Source: Candidatus Bathyarchaeia archaeon
GTDB lineage: Archaea; Thermoproteota; Bathyarchaeia; Bathyarchaeales; Bathycorpusculaceae
NCBI GenBank assembly: GCA_038882655.1
Contig: JAVZNT010000001.1
Location: 64,001-128,000, forward strand
DNA length: 64,000 nucleotides
Reading direction: 5' to 3'
In this document: piece by piece, positions 50,049 through 57,767 of the stretch
How positions within the stretch are numbered: the stretch's first letter is position 1
Layout: every line of letters begins with the position of its first letter
Notes under the pieces: generated by a model
The model's input: only the letters and a program-made list of their open reading frames with translations
What the model was told of the DNA's origin: nothing
Database searches by the model: none
Position numbers and translations under genes: made by a program

Positions 50049-50738
50049 TTATGATATTACTTTCGCCTCAGCATTTCCCTTCGTTACTTCTCCAATTTTT
50101 TCAAGGAAGGGCCCATAAAGGCCTGCGGGCATTTCAAGAACTCCGTGCCATGAGCCGTCCGCCCGCCATTCCTCACGTTTTATCGTTCCAAAGGCTTTTA
50201 GCGTTCCATAGACTCTCGCCGCGTATTCAGCTGGTATGTGCACGCTGACGGAGATTTGTTCCATTTTTAACGGTAGAATCTGCCTAAGCAACTTTATTAT
50301 CTCTCTTGCTTGCTCTTCAGTTGGCTTGAAAGGGTCTATTGAATAGTGAATCTGCTCCATGGCTTGCTCGATACGCATAGGTGGGTGCGGTAGATTCGTC
50401 CTTGGGTCCACGCACTGCCTTGATATGAAGGCCACTATTTGCCTCCGCTTTTCCTCGATCATTTTTCTGCGCTGTTCCGTTGTAAGCTGCAATGTACCCT
50501 TCTTTATGATTATATCCGCCACTTTAAGAGGGTCTATGGTTCCAAAGGCTTTGCGTACAGCTTCTTCGGAAACTTTTGTGCCTTTATTAGCGTCGGAAAA
50601 AATTGTTTCTGTGACGAGAACGTCTGCTATTGAGGATATTTTGCCCAGACGGTAGTCAAGCGCTTTGTCTGGTTTAACAAGAACCTCGAAATGCTCATTA
50701 TCCTTTGTAATACGTGCAACGGTATATTTTTCACTCAT
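50049..50738 (-). CDS. Ribosome maturation factor SBDS/Sdo1
   Basis: HFEVLV, IFSDANKG, QLTTEQRR, DPRTNLPHPPMRIE. Confidence 0.96.
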   Translation of the reverse strand: MSEKYTVARITKDNEHFEVLVKPDKALDYRLGKISSIADVLVTETIFSDANKGTKVSEEAVRKAFGTIDPLKVADIIIKKGTLQLTTEQRRKMIEEKRRQIVAFISRQCVDPRTNLPHPPMRIEQAMEQIHYSIDPFKPTEEQAREIIKLLRQILPLKMEQISVSVHIPAEYAARVYGTLKAFGTIKREEWRADGSWHGVLEMPAGLYGPFLEKIGEVTKGNAEAKVIS

Positions 50739-50745
50739 CCCCTCT

Positions 50746-51474
50746 TCACTTGCCTGAAGCAAACTTCTTTACATATCCCTCAACTTTCTCGTCGCTGAGC
50801 ATCTCCATCTTCTTTGTCACTGATGGTATAACAGCAATCTTTATCCTTGGCGGAAGTTGCCTAGCTTCAAGAGCCTTAACTAAACATTTTACTGCGAGCT
50901 TTGTGGTGTCTTCAAGGCTCATGTCCTCGCGGTACTCTTCCTTCAAAATGTTCATTACAGTTTCTCTTCCAGCACCCACAGCTGTGGCTTTATGCCCCTT
51001 GTATGTCCCGCTTGGATGTGTTATGAAAAGGCGATTTCCAGTTTTGTCAACTCCTCCAAATATAAGTGAAACGCCGAAGGGCCTGACGCCAGCGTGTTGC
51101 GTGTAAAGCTGTTGTATGTCGCATATACGTTTAGTCACAACTTCAACATCTATTGGTTCATCATAGGTTAACCGATTACTCTGCGCATAAATCCGCGCTT
51201 GGTCTATCAAAATCCTCGCATCTGAACTTAAACCAACTATGGCTGCACCTATATGCTCGTCTATTCTGAAAATCTTCCATGAAGAACCCGTTTCTTCAAG
51301 AGGCTCAACCGTTTCTTCAGCCCCCAAAACAACACCTTCAGAACATTTTATTCCCAAAATTGTTGCTCCACGGTTAACAAGTTCCATGGCATACTCAACT
51401 TGGAAAAGCCTTCCATCCGGTGAAAAAACCGTTATAGCACGGTCATATGCTCCTGGAGCTGCAAACACAGACAT
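50746..51474 (-). CDS. psmA: Proteasome alpha subunit
   Basis: YDRAITVFSPDGRLFQVEYA, YTQHAGVRPFGVSL. Confidence 0.98.
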   Translation of the reverse strand: MSVFAAPGAYDRAITVFSPDGRLFQVEYAMELVNRGATILGIKCSEGVVLGAEETVEPLEETGSSWKIFRIDEHIGAAIVGLSSDARILIDQARIYAQSNRLTYDEPIDVEVVTKRICDIQQLYTQHAGVRPFGVSLIFGGVDKTGNRLFITHPSGTYKGHKATAVGAGRETVMNILKEEYREDMSLEDTTKLAVKCLVKALEARQLPPRIKIAVIPSVTKKMEMLSDEKVEGYVKKFASGK

Positions 51475-51870
51475 CCAACATCAACCTCGCATATCAGTCA
51501 CTAAACACTTGCAGAACATATAACAACTTAACTAAAAACCTTTTCCTATAAGATAATTGTTGTATTAGTTTTCAGCTTTTGGTTGGAGATGTGAGTACGT
51601 TGCGTTAGTTGTTTAAGCTTCAACACCGCTAATCTGCAGCCACTTGAAAAATGCTGAAAAAGGTTAAGTAAAAACCAGCCTTTAGAACAATAGGACTTAT
51701 TGGCGATATTTCTTTTCACTATCAGGCGTTAAATAAACGGTAAACCTAAAATTGACTCTTTTGACCAATTAAAAATTAAAATGCCATTCCGAGCCGCGGA
51801 AAGGCTGATCGCCTCTAGATTTTCGCAAGTTTTAAATGTATCCTAACTTATAAAAATATTCTACTTTTGT

Positions 51871-52149
51871 TTGCTGGAAAGGTCGAATATGGGGCGTCAT
51901 CGCCGTGGTGAAGTTCAGATTCTGATGGATATTCTAACTCTGTCTTTAAAAGGAGTTAAGGCAACTCACTTGATGTATAAGGCTAATCTGAGTTATTCTA
52001 CTCTTTGTAAGTATCTTTCCGTGGCGTTAAAGCAAGATCTAATTAAGAAAATATATGACAATGATGGATCCACTGTTTATTGCATAACTGAGAAGGGCAA
52101 GCTTCTTTTAGAGAGGCTCAAAGATATAAAGTATGTTTTATATTCTTAA
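51871..52149 (+). CDS. Winged-helix transcriptional regulator (COG3432/HTH_45-like)
   Basis: RRGEVQILMDIL, KATHLMYKANLSY, YCITEKG. Confidence 0.85.
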   Translation: MLERSNMGRHRRGEVQILMDILTLSLKGVKATHLMYKANLSYSTLCKYLSVALKQDLIKKIYDNDGSTVYCITEKGKLLLERLKDIKYVLYS

Positions 52150-52152
52150 TGT

Positions 52153-52515
52153 TTAGGTTACCTCACATATCGCTATTTCTTTTAGTCTAGCCTTCAATCG
52201 AACTTTTAACTCCAAATCCTTTGTGGTGTAATTTCCAATAATTATATCCTGTATTGCTATTTCCCTGTACTTGGGGAGAATGATCTCTCCGGTTGGGGGT
52301 CTGCTTTTTTCAATCCTTTTGCTAATATCTAGCAGCCATTCAGGCAGTTTTACTTCTCCAGTTTTGGCGTCATATTTTATAAGGTTACGCTGAGTTAGGT
52401 CTGTTAGGATCAAATGAAGTTTTTCTTTTGGAATCTCTGTTTCCTTAGCTAGCTGCTTAATACTTTTTGTTTTCTGCTCTTCGATGAGCGATAAAAGGTC
52501 TGCAACTGTTAGCAT
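52153..52515 (-). CDS. Winged-helix domain protein with a small C-terminal domain
   Basis: SIKQLAKETEIP...LTDLTQRNLIKYD...GEVKL. Confidence 0.7.
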   Translation of the reverse strand: MLTVADLLSLIEEQKTKSIKQLAKETEIPKEKLHLILTDLTQRNLIKYDAKTGEVKLPEWLLDISKRIEKSRPPTGEIILPKYREIAIQDIIIGNYTTKDLELKVRLKARLKEIAICEVT

Positions 52516-52542
52516 AGGTTTAAATTTATGTTTCGTTGATAT

Positions 52543-52619
52543 TAAGGTTAGGAATTTTTCGTCTATCTAAGCTTAGGAATTTTGTAGAAAAATAGAGGAT
52601 TTGTCTAGACAATTATCCT
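52543..52619. promoter_or_regulatory. Candidate operator: 16-bp direct repeat pair plus palindrome in a divergent promoter region
   Basis: TAAG(G/C)TTAGGAATTTT at 52543-52558 and 52568-52583; perfect palindrome TTGTCTAGACAA at 52601-52612 flanked by AGGAT...ATCCT. Confidence 0.5.
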
Positions 52620-52664
52620 AGATTTTTCATACTTAACCATTTAAATACATGTTATATCACTTTA

Positions 52665-53138
52665 ATGAGAGGGCGGGGAAAAGGCGAGGAACCAGTAATA
52701 AGCCTAACCTTTTCGCGTCCGCTCCCTTCAGGGAGGGACTTAATAGTGGAAAACGTTGCGGATAAAGGATTCGTGGAAGAGCTTAAAAAGGAGTGGCGAA
52801 CCCTGTGGCAGGAGCGGATAGACGATAAGATTAGGGCTGAAGCCGTAGCCAACAGAGACTATGCTGCTTTGTTTGTTGAACGGGGCACTGTGATCTTCGC
52901 AACAAAAAAGTTTAAACTGCTAAGCTTAAAAGAAATTTTGCAGATGCACGGCATTTTAGACGCAGACACATTTGTCCCGCCGAATCCGTCCGTTGGCGGG
53001 TGGGGAAAATTCATAAGAACCGTGATAGCTAACCAGCAATGTTCAAAGCGAAGAAAACGGGCACAACAATATATAGAAGACGAAAAGGAGAGGCAGCAGC
53101 TAAAAAAGGGCGGAAGAGGCTGGCTTCACGTAATCTAG
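52665..53138 (+). CDS. Hypothetical basic protein
   Basis: Open frame; probable start is GTG at 52746 after SD GGAGGG; ends QLKKGGRGWLH. Confidence 0.6.
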   Translation: MRGRGKGEEPVISLTFSRPLPSGRDLIVENVADKGFVEELKKEWRTLWQERIDDKIRAEAVANRDYAALFVERGTVIFATKKFKLLSLKEILQMHGILDADTFVPPNPSVGGWGKFIRTVIANQQCSKRRKRAQQYIEDEKERQQLKKGGRGWLHVI

Positions 53139-53159
53139 ATAGCCGCTAAGTAAACTTCC

Positions 53160-53519
53160 ATGTCCCCCCTTCGAGTAAAGTCTGGTTCGAGCGGATTAGT
53201 TTTGGGCAGCTATAGGAGCAGATTGGACATTATAGCTGACATCCTTTCAGTTGTTAGGGGTAATGGAAAGGCTAGAAAAACACAAATTATGTACGGTGCG
53301 AATTTAAGCTACGCTGTTTTGACGCGATATCTATCTGACGTTCTAAATGCTTGTCTAATAAAATTTGAAAGCAGTAAACGCTGTTATGTACTAACAGAAA
53401 AGGGAAGAAAGTTCCTTGAGCATTATCGTGAGTATTCTAGACGTAATAGGCATGTGGAACGCCAACTAGAGACCGTTAACGCGAAAAGAAAAGTTTTGGA
53501 GGAACTCTGCTCTGCATAA
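53160..53519 (+). CDS. Winged-helix transcriptional regulator (COG3432/HTH_45-like)
   Basis: YRSRLDIIADIL, KTQIMYGANLSY, YVLTEKG; likely start TTG at 53202. Confidence 0.88.
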   Translation: MSPLRVKSGSSGLVLGSYRSRLDIIADILSVVRGNGKARKTQIMYGANLSYAVLTRYLSDVLNACLIKFESSKRCYVLTEKGRKFLEHYREYSRRNRHVERQLETVNAKRKVLEELCSA

Positions 53520-53531
53520 GGCTCAGTTAAG

Positions 53532-54005
53532 GTGACAATCTTGCATGTTTCGAAAATTTTGATGGTTGTTCTTTTGATTTCGACTGCGCTTTTCATATCG
53601 CCGGCTGCATGCTCCAGTCAGAGAGAGGCCGAATCACGGATTCAATCGGTTGAGGAAGAGGTTCTAAACTGTTACAGGGCTGCTTATGAGGCTGAAAAGG
53701 CTGGGGCTAATGTAAGCGAATTACTCCATAATTTAAATGAGGCTGGATGGCTTTTATCCCAAGCTAAGCACGCCTATAACTGTGAAGATTATGACTTGGC
53801 GGTTTATTTTGCAAATCTGAGCCTAACAAAGCTAGCGGGTTTAGTTGACAAAGCTAACGGTTTAAGGATAGATGCTGAGCAAACTCACTTTTATGATTTC
53901 ATGATCAATTTCGTAGGTTCAGCTGTCGGCGCTGTAGCTATTCTTGTGGTTGGCTACGGTGTTTGGGTTTTCTTAAAAAGACGAGAAAAAACTGTGAGGG
54001 TGTAA
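53532..54005 (+). CDS. Exported helical protein with C-terminal membrane anchor
   Basis: Signal peptide, AEKAGANVSELL helical core, C-terminal TM followed by KRR. Confidence 0.7.
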   Translation: MTILHVSKILMVVLLISTALFISPAACSSQREAESRIQSVEEEVLNCYRAAYEAEKAGANVSELLHNLNEAGWLLSQAKHAYNCEDYDLAVYFANLSLTKLAGLVDKANGLRIDAEQTHFYDFMINFVGSAVGAVAILVVGYGVWVFLKRREKTVRV

Positions 54006-54008
54006 ATT

Positions 54009-54623
54009 TTGAAAATCGTTGAAAATGGGCTTCTTTATTGGACTGCTGTCGGCGTTTTGGCTTTACTCGTAGCTTCACCTTTCCTTAGCAAGGTTCTGGT
54101 TTATCCTCGAACAGAATTCTTTACGGAACTTTGGATTTTGGATGCTGACCATAAGACTGAAAATTATCCATTTAATGTTACGCCCAATCAACCCTACACT
54201 ATTCATTTGGGCATCGGAAACCGTTTAGGTTATTGCGCCTATTACATGGTTCAAGTGAAGTTTCGAAATCAAACGCAGCCAGAACCGTCAAGTTTCGGAC
54301 CTATTGAAGACCGTGTTCCTAGCAACTTAACCTCACTCTTCAATATTACAGCTTTTGTGGCAGACGAGCAAGTTTACGAGATTCCCTTAACCTTTTCCTT
54401 TAACTATACTTGGGATGAACAGTTTTCAAAAGTTAAGTTCTCATATTTGAGGCTTAATGGTCTATGGTTGAACATGAGCGACTACACGATTTCTTGGGAT
54501 GCTGGAAAAAGAGAGTTTCGGGGATGCTTATTTTTTGAGTTATGGCTATACAATAACGGTGCAAATGATTTTCGATATCATGGGCGTTTTGTTAGGTTAT
54601 GGCTTAACATGACGGTTTATTAA
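54009..54623 (+). CDS. DUF1616-like membrane-anchored protein
   Basis: EFFTELWIL...ENYP...LGIGN...Y.VQVK...FELW...LWLNMT pattern. Confidence 0.75.
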   Translation: MKIVENGLLYWTAVGVLALLVASPFLSKVLVYPRTEFFTELWILDADHKTENYPFNVTPNQPYTIHLGIGNRLGYCAYYMVQVKFRNQTQPEPSSFGPIEDRVPSNLTSLFNITAFVADEQVYEIPLTFSFNYTWDEQFSKVKFSYLRLNGLWLNMSDYTISWDAGKREFRGCLFFELWLYNNGANDFRYHGRFVRLWLNMTVY

Positions 54624-54662
54624 TGGCGTTTGTCATAATGTTTTAGCCATAAGTATTTCTGT

Positions 54663-54736
54663 GCCGGGGTGGCTGAGAAATTAAGCGGCGGCCTGCAGAG
54701 CCGCTTACGTTGGTGAAAATCCAACCCCCGGCTCCA
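54663..54736 (+). tRNA. tRNA-Cys(GCA) with non-canonical D and T loops, encoded CCA
   Basis: Acceptor GCCGGGG/CCCCGGC, U73, CCA. D stem GCT/AGC with loop GAGAAATTA. Anticodon arm GCGGC-CTGCAGA-GCCGC (GCA at 54695-54697). 4-nt variable loop. T arm GTTGG-TGAAAAT-CCAAC. Confidence 0.92.
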
Positions 54737-54757
54737 TACAATTTCGAGGTGTGAACT

Positions 54758-55876
54758 TTGGTTTGTAGGCGAAGTTTAGAATGGCTTAAAGAGAAGGTTA
54801 AAGATATGCGTTCATTTGAGGGTTCACTTCTTAGCTATGTAGGTTTGCCTATAGAAGCTGAAAGCTGTGATGTATTGAAGCTGGATTCGAATGAAAACTT
54901 TTTTGTGGATGCTAATTTTTTGAGGCAGATTTTTATGGAGGCTTTGGGTGATGTTGATTTAAGGCTTTATAATCCCGGTGTTATGGCGTCTTTAAAGGAA
55001 ACTTTGGGCAAGTATGTTGGTGTTCCCGGCGGATGTGTTTGTGTTGGAAGCGGCGCGGAGCATTTGATCGATTTTATTGCTCAGTCTTTTTTGGGTGCTG
55101 GCGATATGGTTGTTTCCATTGTGCCTAGCTTTTTTATGTATGGAAAGAGGGTTTCGCTTTGTGGCGCCAGCATTGCTAATGTTCCCCTTAAAGGTGATTT
55201 GTCTCTTGATGTCGATGAGATTCTAGCCAAATGCACGGATAAGACCCGACTTGTTTTTATCTGTTCGCCGAACAACCCTACAGGGAATGAGTTTAGCTGG
55301 GGTGAGGTTGAGGCTTTAGCTGATGGGTGTTCCGCTCTTATAGTTGTGGATGAGGCGTATGCAGAGTTTGGTGAAGGCTCTGCATGTCCTAATGCGGTTG
55401 AGAAGGAAAACGTTGTTGTTGTGAGGACTTTTTCTAAGGCTTTCGGTTTGGCTGGGTTGCGTTTTGGCTTTTTGGTTGCAAATGAGAAATTGGCTTCTGC
55501 GTTTTCTGAGGTTATTCCATACACTGTTGGCACTGTTGTGGCGCGTTTTATTGAAAGATTGCTTGAAAAGTGTGATGTTGTGGTAGGCTGGGTTAACGAG
55601 GTCAAAAAGGAGAGGGAGAGGTTGATAAGGGAATTGCGTTCTATTAGCGAAGTTGAAGTTTTTGATTCTAAGGCGAATTTTGTTACTTTTCGACCAGATA
55701 TGAATGCGAACCGCGTTTATAATGGGCTTCTTAAGAGAGGTGTTGTTGTCAAGAACCTTGGCGATTTGCCGGTTATTGGACACTGTTTGAGGGTTACTGT
55801 TGGGCTTCCAGAAATGAACGACAAGTTCCTCAACATGTTAAGGCAAGTTTTAAAAGAAAATGGGCACGGCCCTTAA
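54758..55876 (+). CDS. HisC/CobD-family PLP enzyme (class I/II aminotransferase fold)
   Basis: LDSNEN, SPNNPTG, DEAYAEF, RTFSKAFGLAGLRFG, LRVTVG; SD GAGGTG just after the tRNA. Confidence 0.9.
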   Translation: MVCRRSLEWLKEKVKDMRSFEGSLLSYVGLPIEAESCDVLKLDSNENFFVDANFLRQIFMEALGDVDLRLYNPGVMASLKETLGKYVGVPGGCVCVGSGAEHLIDFIAQSFLGAGDMVVSIVPSFFMYGKRVSLCGASIANVPLKGDLSLDVDEILAKCTDKTRLVFICSPNNPTGNEFSWGEVEALADGCSALIVVDEAYAEFGEGSACPNAVEKENVVVVRTFSKAFGLAGLRFGFLVANEKLASAFSEVIPYTVGTVVARFIERLLEKCDVVVGWVNEVKKERERLIRELRSISEVEVFDSKANFVTFRPDMNANRVYNGLLKRGVVVKNLGDLPVIGHCLRVTVGLPEMNDKFLNMLRQVLKENGHGP

Positions 55877-55888
55877 GGCAGCATTTTT

Positions 55889-57766
55889 ATGGGCGGAATT
55901 TGCGGCTTTTTAGATTTAGGCGATAAATCGTTACTTAAAAGAATGTCTCAAGAAATTTCACATAGAGGTTTCCACGAAGACTTTTTCGTAGACAAATATG
56001 TGGGCATGTGCTCAAGAAGCATAACCAAAGAAGATGGTTTAGGCAAAAATGAGGACGGTAGCTTACGGGTAGCCTTTGATGGCGAGATTTTCAACGTGGA
56101 AGATTTGCGAGGCGATTTAGAGAAAAGGGGGCATAGTTTTTCTTCTTCTTGCACGGCGGAATTAATAGCCCACCTTTATGAAGAACATGGCTATTCATTA
56201 GTCGATGAGCTTAGAGGAGGTTTTTCCTTCGCTTTATGGGATACCGATAAAAAATTGCTTTTGCTGGCGAGGGATAGGGAAGGCGAAAAATCGGTTTTCT
56301 ACGCTTTTCTTAATGGAAGCATCTATTTTGCGTCTGAAATAAAGCCACTTTTATGCTGCGAGGCAATAGAGAAGAAGTTAAACCCTAGCGGTTTGGACTA
56401 TTATTTTTCATGGGGGCACGTTCCAGCCCCAGAAACCCTTTTTATAGACGTGAAGAAACTTCCTCCTTCACATTTATTAATATATAATTTTGGCGATAAA
56501 AAAATAGTCTTGCATAAGTATTGGGATTTAGACCTTTCAAAAATTGAATACAGTGTTAGCGAAGAGGAGTGGTGTAAAAGAATATATAGTATGCTTGTTG
56601 AATCCGTTTCCATACGATTAAAAGAGAGCCCCTTCGGAATTCTTTTAGGCGGACTTGATTCTAGTGCAGTAGTAGCGTTAATGAAGAAGTTGACGGATAA
56701 ACCGATGAGCTCCGTAACCATAATGTTTGAAAATGAAGAATTTAACGAATCTTACTCTAAATACGTTGCTGAATGGTTAGGAATAGAAGCATATGAGAAG
56801 ACATTGTGTGCAAAGGACTTTATCCGAATAACCCAAAAATTAGCGCAAATTTTTGACGATTTGAGAATAGATCTGCTTATTACAATACCTTCTTTTTTGG
56901 CTCTTGAAACAGCTAAGGAAAAAGCTAAAACAGTGTTTACTGGAGATGGTGCTGATTGCACCTTTTGGAGTTGGGGATGGGACTTTAAACCAAGGAAGTT
57001 GAAAATGCTCTCCATTCGCTCCAGTCTTAAGATGATACGAGAGCATTCGATAAGTTCTTATGAGCTAATGAATGCATCGTTAAAAGTTTGGCATGCCTTC
57101 AAAGATGCTGTTAAGGCAAGGGTATTAACTGTGCATCTTCCGTTTGAATTGCAATCGCTTTATAGTGAACAATACTTTCATGAAGATGAACTTCAAGAAC
57201 TGCTAGGACGCAATTGCACCGTAAATGTATATTCCCCGTTTCTTGAATGTTTGATAAGTCCTGCCGACAATCTTGGGAGTAAGATGAACAAGATGCGATT
57301 AATAAATAGGAAGTTTGAAGTTATTGGAGGATGGGGTGTGGAAAGACTTGGGAATATATGCTCGCATTTTCATCTAGGACTGAGAACCCCTTTTGAAGAT
57401 CATAAGTTAAGAGAACTGGCTGCACGTATTCCACCACAATTAAAACAGCCTAACGTTTTACTTGACAAATTCATCTTTAGGAAGACGTTGTTAAAGTACT
57501 CGCTTTTACCAAAAGAGGTCGTTAAACAGAAGAAATGGGGATTCGGATGGGGACTTGGCGAAATGGCAGCTAAATGGTTTAAGGGAGAGCTAAAAGATTA
57601 TGTTGAACAAGTCGTTAATGAAGAGGCAGCTCTAATTGAACCGGTGTTAGGGAAAAACGTTGTGAAAAAATATATGTGTAAAGGTCGTCCCTTGCAGGTT
57701 TTATCGCTTGTAACTTTTATGCTTTGGTATAAGCGCTTCTTTGAACAAGATAAAGTGGTGGGATAA
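55889..57766 (+). CDS. Asparagine synthetase B-like amide ligase, lacking the N-terminal nucleophile Cys
   Basis: Starts MGGICG (canonical MCGI); HRG, FDGEIFN, ARDREGEK, FASEIK, GGLDSS, TGDGAD, RTPFED. Confidence 0.88.
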   Translation: MGGICGFLDLGDKSLLKRMSQEISHRGFHEDFFVDKYVGMCSRSITKEDGLGKNEDGSLRVAFDGEIFNVEDLRGDLEKRGHSFSSSCTAELIAHLYEEHGYSLVDELRGGFSFALWDTDKKLLLLARDREGEKSVFYAFLNGSIYFASEIKPLLCCEAIEKKLNPSGLDYYFSWGHVPAPETLFIDVKKLPPSHLLIYNFGDKKIVLHKYWDLDLSKIEYSVSEEEWCKRIYSMLVESVSIRLKESPFGILLGGLDSSAVVALMKKLTDKPMSSVTIMFENEEFNESYSKYVAEWLGIEAYEKTLCAKDFIRITQKLAQIFDDLRIDLLITIPSFLALETAKEKAKTVFTGDGADCTFWSWGWDFKPRKLKMLSIRSSLKMIREHSISSYELMNASLKVWHAFKDAVKARVLTVHLPFELQSLYSEQYFHEDELQELLGRNCTVNVYSPFLECLISPADNLGSKMNKMRLINRKFEVIGGWGVERLGNICSHFHLGLRTPFEDHKLRELAARIPPQLKQPNVLLDKFIFRKTLLKYSLLPKEVVKQKKWGFGWGLGEMAAKWFKGELKDYVEQVVNEEAALIEPVLGKNVVKKYMCKGRPLQVLSLVTFMLWYKRFFEQDKVVG

Positions 57767-57767
57767 A

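Noticed and set aside
51481-51870. Possible ncRNA in the 390-nt gap upstream of psmA
   Set aside because: Only a weak AGCC...GGCT stem, with no convincing C/D boxes or extended structure; divergent promoters explain the gap.
54663-54736. tRNA-Sec/tRNA-Pyl, a simple pseudo-tRNA, or the att site of an integrated element
   Set aside because: The anticodon is GCA with a short variable loop. All stems and identity elements are intact, which argues against decay. I saw no integrase or duplicated tRNA end in the window, though one beyond 64 kb cannot be excluded.
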